Source of the DNA: Thermoproteaceae archaeon
GTDB taxonomy: Archaea; Thermoproteota; Thermoprotei; Thermoproteales; Thermoproteaceae
Reading direction: 5' to 3'
Assembly (NCBI GenBank): GCA_020833025.1
Contig: JAJHRB010000019.1
Coordinates: 1 to 25,055, forward strand
DNA: 25,055 nucleotides
The notes below the pieces were generated by a model. That model had not been told where the DNA came from, ran no database searches, and saw only the letters and a program-made list of their open reading frames with translations. This document shows, one piece after another, positions 7,952-16,690 of the stretch (positions within the stretch are counted from its first letter, which is position 1; every line of letters begins with the position of its first letter). Made by a program: the position numbers and the translations under genes.

Positions 7952-8938
7952 TCACGCGAAGAGGCTGAAGAGCCTGTCCTCGACGTAGGGCCTGTCGTAG
8001 ACCCGCTCGCCGATCTTGGCTAGAAAGCCGCCGCGCGGCACGACTCTGCCTATCACTGAATAGGGCACGCCGAGGCGCCCGAGCCTCTCCCCAGCCTCGG
8101 ACGCGCGCTCGGGCGGCACGGTGGCGAGCAGCACGCCGGAGCTGAGCGTCTCGAGGGGGTCTATCCCGAACGCCTCGCACAGCTCGCGGACCTCGTCGCT
8201 GACAAAAATCCTGCCGGGATCTGCCACGATTGAGACGCCCGAGGCGTACGCGATCTCGGCTAGCCCGCACGCCACGCCGCCCTCGGTCGGGTCGTGCATT
8301 GACGTCGCGATGTCAGCGAGGGCGAGCGCCTCGCGGACGACGGAGATAGATCTGGCAAGCGCGCTGGCGCGCTCTAGCGCTCTCTCGCTCACGCCGCGCC
8401 TCAGCGCCTCCTCGCTGAAGTCTGCCGCGAGTATGGCCGCCGCCTCCTGCCCGGCCGACTTCGTCATTATGACGAGATCCCCCGGCCTGGCGCCCGACGT
8501 CGTGACGAACCGCCTCCCGAGCCCCATTGCCGTGACTACAGCGAGCGGTCTCGCCACCGCCGTGGTGACCTCTGTGTGCCCGCCCGCGACAGCCACTCCC
8601 AGCTCCCTCGCCGCCTCGTCTATCTGTCTTGTGATCTCGTCCACGAGCGCGGTGCCGGAGCCGCGCGGTAGGAATATAGCTACGGAGAGCCAGGCCGGCT
8701 CGACCCCCCTCACCGCCACGTCGTTAGACGGCACGTGCACTGCCAGGTACCCGAGCAGCCTGACCGAGCCCGAGATCGGATCAGTGTGCACCACGAGGTA
8801 GCCGTCGCTGACTCTCACGACCGCCGCGTCCTCGCCCACTGCCGGGCCCACGACGATCTCGGGCCTCCTGGCGCCGACTCTGCTGAGCACGAGGCTCTGC
8901 AGCAGGTCGTGCGGGAGCTTGCCGATTTTCAGCTGCAC
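7952..8938 (-). CDS. AIR synthase (PurM/HypE/ThiL-like) family protein
   Basis: GKLPHDLL, VGPAVGEDAAVV, HTDPI, NDVAVRG.EP, GGHTE, ARPGD, SMHDPTEGG, SSGVLL. Substrate unknown. Confidence 0.85.
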   Translation of the reverse strand: MQLKIGKLPHDLLQSLVLSRVGARRPEIVVGPAVGEDAAVVRVSDGYLVVHTDPISGSVRLLGYLAVHVPSNDVAVRGVEPAWLSVAIFLPRGSGTALVDEITRQIDEAARELGVAVAGGHTEVTTAVARPLAVVTAMGLGRRFVTTSGARPGDLVIMTKSAGQEAAAILAADFSEEALRRGVSERALERASALARSISVVREALALADIATSMHDPTEGGVACGLAEIAYASGVSIVADPGRIFVSDEVRELCEAFGIDPLETLSSGVLLATVPPERASEAGERLGRLGVPYSVIGRVVPRGGFLAKIGERVYDRPYVEDRLFSLFA

Positions 8939-9007
8939 GCGGTGCAGCGCCCCGCGCGCTTAAGAGTTTAGGCGCAGAGCTAATTTACCGGCAGTGCCGC
9001 ACTGGCG

Positions 9008-9649
9008 GTGGAGTGGCTGTCGGCGCTGGCGCGCGCGAGAAGGCAGCCGTGGCGGCCGCCCAAGTTCCTGCAGAAGAACTTCAAGGTCGTCGCCATAGCG
9101 GAGAGCTTCTCGCTCGAGGACGGCTACTCGGTCTACGCCGGCGTTCTGGCGCGCAGGGACGGCACGATAGAGGACGTGGCGCTCGCGCTCGCCAGGCTGG
9201 GAGGCGTAGACGGGACGCGTGCCGCCATGGAAATACTCGACGCGCTCATGAAGCCGGACGCGAGCATGATAATGCTCGACGGGTGCATCGTGTCGTTCTA
9301 CAACTGGATCGACGGGGAGGCGCTGTGGAGAAAGTACGGCAAGCCCGTCGCGTGCTACGTGTTTGAGGAGCCAGAGGGGCGCGTGGAGGACGCTGTGAGG
9401 AAGCTCTTCAGCGACTGGGAGGTGAGGCTCGAGGCATACAGGCGGCTCGGCCAGCCCACTCCCTACTACACGCAGAGCGGCTACAGAATTTATATCAGGT
9501 CGTGGGGGATAGACCCGACTGGCGCCGGGAGAGCCGCCGAGGCGTGCGCGAAGTTCGGCAAGGTGCCAGAGCCGCTGCGGTCGGCCAAGATAATAGCGTC
9601 AGGCGCGAGGAGGTTCTTGAGGGGGGCCCGCGCGCCGGCAGCGGGCTAG
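9008..9649 (+). CDS. DUF99 family protein (endonuclease V-like fold)
   Basis: [57 protein letters not shown]. Confidence 0.8.
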   Translation: MEWLSALARARRQPWRPPKFLQKNFKVVAIAESFSLEDGYSVYAGVLARRDGTIEDVALALARLGGVDGTRAAMEILDALMKPDASMIMLDGCIVSFYNWIDGEALWRKYGKPVACYVFEEPEGRVEDAVRKLFSDWEVRLEAYRRLGQPTPYYTQSGYRIYIRSWGIDPTGAGRAAEACAKFGKVPEPLRSAKIIASGARRFLRGARAPAAG

Positions 9650-9677
9650 AGTTATATCCTGGCAGCTGGCTCGCTAC

Positions 9678-10202
9678 GTGGCGCACGAACTCCACAGAGA
9701 GAGGGGGCCCGGGGCAGCCAGGTTTTACATAATCACGGTCAGCACGTCGAGGTACCGCGAGAGGGCATCCGGCGGCGCGCCCAGGGACGAGTCGGGAGAT
9801 CTCGCCGAGAGGATGGCCACGGAGGCGGGGCACGTCGTGGTGGGGCGGGACCTCCTCCCCGACGACATAAACGCCATAAGGCGGAGGGTGCTCGAGCTGC
9901 TCTCTAGAGATGACATCGACGTGGTAGTAATAACGGGGGGGACGGGCATTGCGAAAACTGACGTCACGGTGGAGGCCGTCAGGCCGCTTTTCGAGAAGGA
10001 AATAGAGGGCTTCGGCGACGTGTTCAGATATTACAGTCTGCAGGAGGTGGGCACGGCGGCGGCGCTGACCAGGGCAACTGCCGGCATTGCCGGCGGGAAG
10101 GTCATATTCCTTCTCCCCGGCTCGCCCGGCGCTGTGAGGACCGGCATGAGGATCGTTCTCGCGGAGACGCCTCACATACTCTACCTGACGAGGCAGGCGT
10201 GA
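9678..10202 (+). CDS. moaB: Molybdenum cofactor biosynthesis protein B (MoaB/MogA family)
   Basis: IITVSTSR, DESGD, LLPDD, ITGGTGIAKTDVTVEAV, KEIEGFG, TRATAG, FLLPGSPGA. Confidence 0.9.
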   Translation: MAHELHRERGPGAARFYIITVSTSRYRERASGGAPRDESGDLAERMATEAGHVVVGRDLLPDDINAIRRRVLELLSRDDIDVVVITGGTGIAKTDVTVEAVRPLFEKEIEGFGDVFRYYSLQEVGTAAALTRATAGIAGGKVIFLLPGSPGAVRTGMRIVLAETPHILYLTRQA

Positions 10203-10720
10203 GCATGCCCGCGAGGCAGATCGCCGTGGCCGTTCACAGCGGCTACGTGCCAGGCCTGGCGGAGAAGATAGAGCGGTTCGTCGGCGCGCTGGCCCGCGCG
10301 TGCCCCGACGCGGTGCTGCTGGTCGGCGGCAGCTGGGGCCACATGAGAGACGTCATTGACGCCGCGCTGAGGAGGGGCATGGCAGTCGTCATGTTCCTGC
10401 CTGTCGAGAAAGAGGGCGTGCCGGCTCCAGGACGCGCCATTATCGTGAGGACCGGCTGCGACGACAGGTGCAGGTCCGTGGTGCTCGTGAGATCCGCAGA
10501 CGCCGTCGCGGTTCTCGGGGGCGGCGCGGGGACCATGATAGAGGCCTTAATGGCGTACGCCATGGGCAAGCCCGTCTTCGTGCTTACCGGCACAGGCGCG
10601 CCGTCGGACAAGCTGGCGGCAGCCTACCCGGACTACTTCGACGAGAGGAAGACCGTGAGGGTTGTCTACGCCGAGAACCCCGAGAGGCTGGCCGAGCTCT
10701 GCTGCGCGGCCTCGCGCTAG
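10199..10720 (+). CDS. LOG/SLOG-family Rossmann-fold protein
   Basis: LLVGG..G.M, RSVVLVRSADAVAVLGGGAGTMIEALMAYAMGKPVFVL. Confidence 0.82.
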   Translation: MSMPARQIAVAVHSGYVPGLAEKIERFVGALARACPDAVLLVGGSWGHMRDVIDAALRRGMAVVMFLPVEKEGVPAPGRAIIVRTGCDDRCRSVVLVRSADAVAVLGGGAGTMIEALMAYAMGKPVFVLTGTGAPSDKLAAAYPDYFDERKTVRVVYAENPERLAELCCAASR

Positions 10721-11319
10721 CCGAGGAAGAGGAAGAGCAGGAGCGAGAGCGCGTTGTGCAGCGAGTGTAAGAGCGCCGAGGCCGCGAGTCCGCATCTGTG
10801 GTACGCGAAGGCAAAGCTCAGCGAGATTGCGGCGAGCGGCACGGCGCCGGGGCCTGCCCTGTGCGCGAGCGCGAAAGCCACCGAGGAGACCGCGTATGCA
10901 GCCACCGTGCCGAGCCTGCGCCTCGCCGCCTCGAACACGACTCCCCTGAATATTGCCTCCTCGACGACGGGCGCGAGCACGAGCGCGTGGAGGGCCACGA
11001 GCGGCGCGCCGAGCGGACACCCGAGCGCCAGCCTGATGAGCCCTGCCTGCGCCCTCTGCAGCTCCGCGTAGTCGGCCCGCACGGGCGGCAGGAGCGCGAG
11101 GGCCCCCGCGGCGAGGAGCGAGGCGAGGTAAGCGAGGAGCGCCAGGGGGAGGCCCCTCCCGAGGCGCCACTTGACCAGGAGCGCCGCGGGCGCCAGCGCG
11201 CCGTAAATAAGCGTTCCCAGATAGAGAGCGAGGCACGCACGAGGCCTCAGGAGCGCGAGCAGCGCGCACGCAGCCGCGAAGGACGCGAGAGCCGCAATCC
11301 AGGCCCGCCGCGCTGCCAC
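10717..11319 (-). CDS. CPBP (CAAX protease/Abi) intramembrane glutamic protease
   Basis: Hydrophobic protein with APVVEEAIFRG, FALAH and LLHSLHN motifs. Confidence 0.88.
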   Translation of the reverse strand: MAARRAWIAALASFAAACALLALLRPRACLALYLGTLIYGALAPAALLVKWRLGRGLPLALLAYLASLLAAGALALLPPVRADYAELQRAQAGLIRLALGCPLGAPLVALHALVLAPVVEEAIFRGVVFEAARRRLGTVAAYAVSSVAFALAHRAGPGAVPLAAISLSFAFAYHRCGLAASALLHSLHNALSLLLFLFLG

Positions 11320-11365
11320 GCAGGGCGGGAGGGCGCCAGATTTAACTGCCGCCCGCCGGGGTGCC

Positions 11366-11866
11366 GTGATTTACGCGAGCATTCTGAGCTCGTACACCGT
11401 GAGGGTGGCGTTCAAGAGAGATGTCGCGCTGGCTCCTCTGAACGTGTCCTACGGGGCGGGAGTCGAGGCGGACGTGCCGCTCTATCTGGCGATAAAGCTG
11501 GACGAGATGGGAGTGGCGGAAATAGTGGACTGGGACGCCACGCTCCAGCCCGGCGACATCGCGGCGCTCAAATACGTCGAGCGCCGGGAGAGCTACCCGT
11601 CCAAGCTGCCTGACAGGTTCTACCCGAGAGTAAAGCTCACGATGTACCTGCTGAGCAAGAGGGGCGACTTGAAGACGCTGAGGGCCCTCGCGCAGGAGGT
11701 CAGAGAGCTGGTTATAGAGCGCGTGAGGAAGATGGCGGCCCTCGTGGCCGCGAGACCCGACGTGGTGAACGAGCAGAGCTTTCTCGAGAGACTAGAGCCG
11801 GAGGAGAGGGCGCTGCTCACGTCAGTTTACACTGCAGTCGTGCCGTTCATACTGTCCGTAATCTGA
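11366..11866 (+). CDS. Probable GINS complex subunit (Gins23 type, B-domain then A-domain)
   Basis: N-terminal beta segment VRVAFKRD..G.EADVPLYLA..L...GVAEI, then helical LPDRFY, RVRKM and LEPEERAL, recalled as the Psf2/Psf3-like pattern. Confidence 0.65.
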   Translation: MIYASILSSYTVRVAFKRDVALAPLNVSYGAGVEADVPLYLAIKLDEMGVAEIVDWDATLQPGDIAALKYVERRESYPSKLPDRFYPRVKLTMYLLSKRGDLKTLRALAQEVRELVIERVRKMAALVAARPDVVNEQSFLERLEPEERALLTSVYTAVVPFILSVI

Positions 11867-12437
11867 GCCTGCTGGCAATAATCTCGGCGACCTCTCTGGC
11901 TACCTCGAGCGGCGGCCTCCCGGCGTCCACCACCAGGTAGCCCTCCTCTCTCGCCCTCATGAGGTATATCTCGCGGACTCGCCGCAGGAAGTCTCCCCTC
12001 TCGTACTTCTCCGCCCTATCCCTGCGCCCTATTCTTGCGAGCGCTGTGCCTGGGTCCACGTCGAGTATTACAGTCAGATCCGCGCGGGGGACTGCCGAGT
12101 TCACGAGCTTGATGAACTCCACGGGAACTCCCGCCGCTCCCTGGTACGCAATTGACGACTCCACGTACCTCTCGCTGATGACCGTGCAGCCCTCCCTCAG
12201 CATGGGCTCTATCTCGCGCTTGTAGTGTTCAATCCTGTCGGCCGCGAACAGGAGGGCGTCAACGCGCGGGTCCACCGTGCCGCCTTGAAGGACCCAGCTC
12301 CTAATGAGAGCCCCTACCGGACTGCCGCTCGGCTCCCTCGTCGTGCAGACCCCAGGCAGCATTCTGGCCAGCCGCTCCAGCACCGTCGTCTTGCCGGCGC
12401 CGTCAATGCCCTCTATGGCGACGAAGAGCCCCGGCAT
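11847..12437 (-). CDS. tmk: Thymidylate (dTMP) kinase
   Basis: Start reassigned to ATG 12437. FVAIEGIDGAGKTT, TREPS, ALLFAADR, ISERYVESSIAYQG, LTVILDVDP. Confidence 0.95.
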   Translation of the reverse strand: MPGLFVAIEGIDGAGKTTVLERLARMLPGVCTTREPSGSPVGALIRSWVLQGGTVDPRVDALLFAADRIEHYKREIEPMLREGCTVISERYVESSIAYQGAAGVPVEFIKLVNSAVPRADLTVILDVDPGTALARIGRRDRAEKYERGDFLRRVREIYLMRAREEGYLVVDAGRPPLEVAREVAEIIASRLRLRTV

Positions 12438-12441
12438 TGCG

Positions 12442-13884
12442 TCACGTCGAGTCGAGGTAATGGAGTATCCCGCGCGCGGCCAGAACGCCGGTGGCCGCGG
12501 CGACGTTAAAGCCTCTGGAGAGCCCGGCGCCGTCGCCGGCGACAAAGAGCCCTGGCACTGTTGTCATCATGCTCTTGTCAACGACGGGCCTCACGGAGTA
12601 GTATTTTATCTCAGGCGCGTATATCAGAGTCTGCGGGCTCGCGACTCCCGGCGCCAGCTCGTCAAGCCTCTTCAGGCCCTCGAGCAAGTCCTCGACTATC
12701 CTGTGGGGGAGCGCCAGGGATATGTCGCCGGGCGTTACGTCCTTGAGCGTCGGGGATATGTTCGATCTCCTGATTCTGTCCCACGTGGATCTCTGCCCGC
12801 GCTCCAGGTCGTACAGGCGCTGAATGAGCGGCTTGCCGCCGCCGAGCTTTGTCGCCAGCCTCGCTATGGACCTGCCGTACTCCACCGCGTTCTCCATGGG
12901 ATCCTTGAGGCGCAGCGTGACTAGAAATGCAAAGTTTGTGTTCTCGCTCTTTCTCTTGAGGTAGGTCTCCCCGTTCACCCCCACGGTCCCGTCCATGTAG
13001 ACTTCCTTTATCACGAAGCCCCGGGGATTCGTGCAGAACGTCCGCACCTTGTCGTCGTACTTCGACGTGTAGATCACTATCTTGGGGTCGTGCACCGCAT
13101 CTGTCAAAGGCCTCATCACGTGGTACGGAACCTCGACTCTCACTCCTATGTCAACGGGCCCGAACGTGACGGCAGCGCCGAGCTTTCTAAGCTGGTCTAA
13201 AAGCCACGCGCTCCCGCCCCTCCCGGGGGACAGTAGCAGGGCCCTTGCGTGAAGAACGCCGCGGCTAGTCTTCACCTTGAATAGCCCGTTCTGCTCTCTA
13301 TTCACTTCAAGAGCCCACGTGCGGTCCATTATGACCACGCCCGAGCCCTCGAGGCGCCGCACCATGCTGTCGACGACCCCGGCGGCGCCCTCGGTCCCCA
13401 TGACCCTCTGCCTCACTGGTATTATCCTCGCGTTTACGCGCGCGGCCAGCGCCGACAGCTTGCTTACCAGCTCCATGTCAGGCTCGCGTACGTTATCGGG
13501 AGCCCCGAACTCGACGAGAGTTCTGTCAACGTACTCAATGAGCTTCATTGCCTCGTCCCAGTCGCCGACCAGCTCGTGCAAGTCCCCGCCCACGTCGGGC
13601 CTGAGGTTCACCGTGCCGGCGCTGAAGGCGCCAGCCCCGCCGACTCCATACAGCGTGTTGCACGGGTTGCAGCCAGCGCACCTCCCTGCGTGCGCGCGCA
13701 GGGCACACTTCCTCTGTTCCACTCTGTCACCGCCGTCAATTATCGCAATCTTGAGGCCCCTCCCTCTGGCGAGCTCCAGCGCTGCAAACAGCCCCGCGGG
13801 CCCCGCCCCAACGATGACCACATCGTAGCTTCCCGCGCGCGGGTCGGGCGCGCCCGCCGGGTGCCTGGCCGCCGGCTCTATCAC
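12442..13884 (-). CDS. NAD(P)/FAD-dependent oxidoreductase with a Cys cluster (uncharacterised FAD dehydrogenase family)
   Basis: YDVVIVGAGPAGL, C..H...CAGCNPCN..GVGGAG, GVRVE, VRTFCTNPRG, APEIKYYS, GLFVAGDGAG. Start probably GTG 13884 because a TATA-like TTTTATGG lies at 13903-13910. Confidence 0.88.
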   Translation of the reverse strand: MIEPAARHPAGAPDPRAGSYDVVIVGAGPAGLFAALELARGRGLKIAIIDGGDRVEQRKCALRAHAGRCAGCNPCNTLYGVGGAGAFSAGTVNLRPDVGGDLHELVGDWDEAMKLIEYVDRTLVEFGAPDNVREPDMELVSKLSALAARVNARIIPVRQRVMGTEGAAGVVDSMVRRLEGSGVVIMDRTWALEVNREQNGLFKVKTSRGVLHARALLLSPGRGGSAWLLDQLRKLGAAVTFGPVDIGVRVEVPYHVMRPLTDAVHDPKIVIYTSKYDDKVRTFCTNPRGFVIKEVYMDGTVGVNGETYLKRKSENTNFAFLVTLRLKDPMENAVEYGRSIARLATKLGGGKPLIQRLYDLERGQRSTWDRIRRSNISPTLKDVTPGDISLALPHRIVEDLLEGLKRLDELAPGVASPQTLIYAPEIKYYSVRPVVDKSMMTTVPGLFVAGDGAGLSRGFNVAAATGVLAARGILHYLDST

Positions 13885-13996
13885 TCTCGCGATATGGCCG
13901 CTCCATAAAAATCTCGCGCTTGCGTTAGCGCCAAGTGTATCGCACCGGCGTGTGCCCTGAGCCCAATCTTTATTACTGTGCAGTCTCTGCCCGCGC

Positions 13997-14686
13997 GTGC
14001 CGCTTAGAGCCCGCGTGGATCCCTGCATCTTCTTACACCGAGACCCCAATGACTGGCAGCTGCTGCTGGCGCCCGACTTGATTAAAGCGCTGGCCAGGAG
14101 CGTCGGCGCGCGCGACGTTGACGAGCTCGTGAGGCGTGCTGGCGAGAGCCTGCCGAAAATGTACCTCGCGCTCGTCGGGCTCAGAATCTCTGGCCCCTAC
14201 AGGCACGAGTGGGCGGCGTATGCCAGGATGGGCTGGATCGCGCCGGGGGCCAGAATGAGATGGCCCAGCGCGCCTAACGGCGTGGAGCTGGGCGTGTACC
14301 TCCAGCTGTCTCCCTGCTTTCTGCTGGCGCCGTACAGCGAGTACAAGAAAACGTGGAGGGACAGGGCGGCGTCGTACTTCCGCGCGGTTCTCGAGACATG
14401 CCAGGCATCTCGCAGATCGTACCTGGATGGATTTAGAGAGGCATTTCCCAGGTGGCTGAGGGAGCTGGGCTGGAGCAGAGGGTATGTATGGGTTGCTAAC
14501 ACGAGATACCGCGGGAGGCGCAACGTGCACCTCGCCGAGTGGCTCTACTGGCTCGACACGGGCAGAATGCCGCACATTGACGCGATGCTGGGAAAGTTCA
14601 GCGGGAGGGCGCCCGTAGCGCTCGCGCTCCAGCCTCAGGCCGCTTCCGGGAGGCCCGGGACCCCGGCGAACGGTAACGTTAATTGA
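13997..14686 (+). CDS. Hypothetical protein, Trp/aromatic-rich
   Basis: 229 aa ORF with protein-like composition, divergent from the oxidoreductase. No family recognised. Confidence 0.65.
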   Translation: MPLRARVDPCIFLHRDPNDWQLLLAPDLIKALARSVGARDVDELVRRAGESLPKMYLALVGLRISGPYRHEWAAYARMGWIAPGARMRWPSAPNGVELGVYLQLSPCFLLAPYSEYKKTWRDRAASYFRAVLETCQASRRSYLDGFREAFPRWLRELGWSRGYVWVANTRYRGRRNVHLAEWLYWLDTGRMPHIDAMLGKFSGRAPVALALQPQAASGRPGTPANGNVN

Positions 14687-14883
14687 GGGCGGGCGCTGGG
14701 GGAGAGAGGGAGGCTTCAGGCGCGCCGCCTGCAGAACGACGGCCTTCAGGCTTTGGCGGCGCGGCGGCAGTACCTGCCGCCCGCTGCACCACAGGCGGCG
14801 TGCCCGGCCGGTCCGCGTCCTGCCGCCCAGGGCAGCCTCTGCTTGTCACTTCAAGCTTTATCCGCCAAGGGGCGGTAGAGCGC

Positions 14884-15528
14884 ATGAATGCCGTGAGGCG
14901 CTGGAGCGACTTAAAAAGAATAGGCGAGGAGCTCGGCCGCGGCTGGGAATTACGCCGCTCCCTGCCGCCGCCCGGCCTTTTCGTGCTGAACGAGAGGGAC
15001 ATGATCGACCCCTCTGAAGTAGAGCCCCTCTGCAGGCACGACGGCAACGCCGTGTTAGTTTACATTGCAGCGCGAATCGGAGACAAGCACTTCATTTACG
15101 GGCGCGTCAAGCCGTCCCCGAGAATTGCGTGTCCTGTCGTTACATTTATAAAGAGCTTCAGGGACCCCGGAGAGGCGCTAGTGGTACTGCTGGAGTACGC
15201 GCGCCGCATTGAGGAAATACCTGACACTAGGCTCAATATCGACATACTGCGGGAGTACGGCCTCTGCGAGGTGTCCAGGTACGCGCTCCTGTGCGCGGAG
15301 AGCATAGAGCGCACGTTGAGGAGGAGACTGGAGGAGAGACTGAATGCCGCGCCGGCACACGCAAGCCGCGACGCGCTTGCAGCAGTGCAGGAGCCGGCAG
15401 GGGAGCAATGGGGCACTGCGGCGAGGTGGCTTGAGGAGCTCGTGCGCGCGGCCGGCGAGGCGGACGCAGAGGGGCTGAGGCGGTGTCTGGCCGCGTGCGT
15501 GAGGTCGTGTCTGCTCCAGAGGGCATGA
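14884..15528 (+). CDS. Hypothetical protein
   Basis: Start reassigned to ATG 14884 because TATA-like CTTTATCC lies about 20-28 nt upstream. ATGA overlap with the next gene. No family recognised. Confidence 0.65.
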   Translation: MNAVRRWSDLKRIGEELGRGWELRRSLPPPGLFVLNERDMIDPSEVEPLCRHDGNAVLVYIAARIGDKHFIYGRVKPSPRIACPVVTFIKSFRDPGEALVVLLEYARRIEEIPDTRLNIDILREYGLCEVSRYALLCAESIERTLRRRLEERLNAAPAHASRDALAAVQEPAGEQWGTAARWLEELVRAAGEADAEGLRRCLAACVRSCLLQRA

Positions 15529-15830
15529 ACGAGAAGGAGCTGGAGCTGCTGGAGGCGCTGAGTAAAATCTGCGCATCGCCGAGGTACTTCAGACTGCTGG
15601 TGGAGAGCTGCATGCTGGCGAGACTCGCGGCGTCAAACATACAGGGATCGGTGAGGCTAAGGGCGTCTCTCCTCGGCCCGCTCGGCGAGGACATGTCAGT
15701 TGTGAAGAGGGCAGCAAACGCGTTGAAGTCGCTTGAGAGGCGCGTGGGGAGAGTTGCCGACGCGCGGCTCTTGAAGAGGGCAGCAATTGAGCTCGCGTAC
15801 GAGTACGTAAAAAGGGCGCTTGGCCTCTAG
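15525..15830 (+). CDS. Small helical hypothetical protein
   Basis: 101 aa from ATG 15525, translationally coupled (ATGA) to the previous gene. Confidence 0.65.
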   Translation: MNEKELELLEALSKICASPRYFRLLVESCMLARLAASNIQGSVRLRASLLGPLGEDMSVVKRAANALKSLERRVGRVADARLLKRAAIELAYEYVKRALGL

Positions 15831-15863
15831 GGCTTCGGGCCGGGCGCCGGTTTCGCGCGCTCC

Positions 15864-15887
15864 CTTTCAATCCTTCTTTTGAGATTC
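15864..15887 (-). CRISPR. Solitary CRISPR-type repeat (no array), Thermoproteales type
   Basis: Minus strand GAATCTCAAAAGAAGGATTGAAAG, 24 nt, ending in the ATTGAAAG 5'-handle. It is 22/24 identical to the Pyrobaculum repeat GAATCTCAAAAAGAGGATTGAAAG as I recall it. One copy only in the window. Confidence 0.75.
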
Positions 15888-15916
15888 CGGGCCCTCTTGA
15901 CAAGTCTCCCCGCATT

Positions 15917-15932
15917 CTTTTAAGCATTTCCG
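15917..15932 (-). promoter_or_regulatory. BRE + TATA upstream of the solitary repeat (leader-like)
   Basis: Minus strand CGGAAATG-CTTAAAAG ends 29 nt before the repeat. The BRE fit is better on minus than on plus. Confidence 0.55.
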
Positions 15933-15985
15933 CCGCGGTCCTGCTGCCGGGCCGAAGGGATTTCCACTGGACGCCGCGAGACCGC

Positions 15986-16690
15986 GTGAGACCTATCAGG
16001 GCCGTCACGGTCTTTTCTCTTGACGGCGGCGTCGGCAAGACGACAATTGCGTGCACTCTCGCCGTGGCCAAGGGCTTCACGATGATCATAGACGCGGACT
16101 GGGAGAAGGCTGACATCTCGCAGCTCTTCAGGGCGCCGAGGAAGCCAGGCTGGCTGGCTCCGTTTATCAACGGCTCGCGGCCCTACGTGCACCGCGTCAA
16201 CCCGATGCTCTACGTCGTGCCCGGCTACGATGCCGCCGAGTTCTACCAGCAGCACGGCGAGGACGTGGCCGGCGAGTATCACCAAGCGCTGCTCGAGTGG
16301 ATTGAGGCGCTGCCGAGGTTCGTCGCGTCGCTCAGAATTCCCGTGGACACCGTCATTATTGACACGCCTGCCGCCGTGAGGCTCGACGCGCTCTCCAAGC
16401 TGCAGTCAGCCGGCTCCTTCAACCTCTTTGTTGCCGACCGCCGCCTGCTGTCGCGAATTTCCGACGTCAAGGCGGAGCAGTACAGGCGCTACATGACTTA
16501 CGCCGCGCTCGCGGCTGTGAACATGCTCGACCGGGACGAGCTTAAAATAGCTAGAAAGATCGCGCCGGTTGCCCTCAAGCGAGTTAGAATAGGCGAGTAC
16601 TACAGCGAGACAGTCGCGGGGGCTATTCTCCGCGACCGCGATAATAGAAGGGCAATTGATGTGATTCTCGCGCGCATAAAGACGGCGTGA
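15986..16690 (+). CDS. ParA/MinD-superfamily ATPase, TadZ/CpaE-like
   Basis: AVTVFSLDGGVGKTT (deviant Walker A), MIIDAD (A'), VIIDTPA (Walker B). GTGA-coupled to the secretion ATPase. Confidence 0.8.
   Translation: MRPIRAVTVFSLDGGVGKTTIACTLAVAKGFTMIIDADWEKADISQLFRAPRKPGWLAPFINGSRPYVHRVNPMLYVVPGYDAAEFYQQHGEDVAGEYHQALLEWIEALPRFVASLRIPVDTVIIDTPAAVRLDALSKLQSAGSFNLFVADRRLLSRISDVKAEQYRRYMTYAALAAVNMLDRDELKIARKIAPVALKRVRIGEYYSETVAGAILRDRDNRRAIDVILARIKTA

Noticed and set aside
480-13908. Many long alternative-frame and antisense ORFs in the track (e.g. 1516-2055, 2292-3029, 4450-5286, 8121-8801, 10798-11613)
   Set aside because: They shadow well-supported genes, are Arg/Pro/Ala/Ser-rich, and are expected in very GC-rich DNA with few stop codons.
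15525-15830. Small helical protein beside the CRISPR repeat as Cas11/Csa5, and upstream genes as cas genes
   Set aside because: Size and helicity fit loosely, but no RAMP Gly-loop, HD, Cas1 or Cas7 motif is recognisable. It would need a profile search.
15814-15863. Self-target of the spacer-like segment (GGCCCGAAGCCC at about 23615-23626; CCCGAAGCCC at about 21468-21477)
   Set aside because: 10-12 nt GC-rich matches without extension are expected by chance.
15917-15930. CTTTTAAGCATTTC as a degenerate second repeat forming a two-repeat array
   Set aside because: Only 9 of the first 12 nt match and the rest does not. The 29-nt gap is short for this repeat type, and the element is better explained as TATA/BRE.
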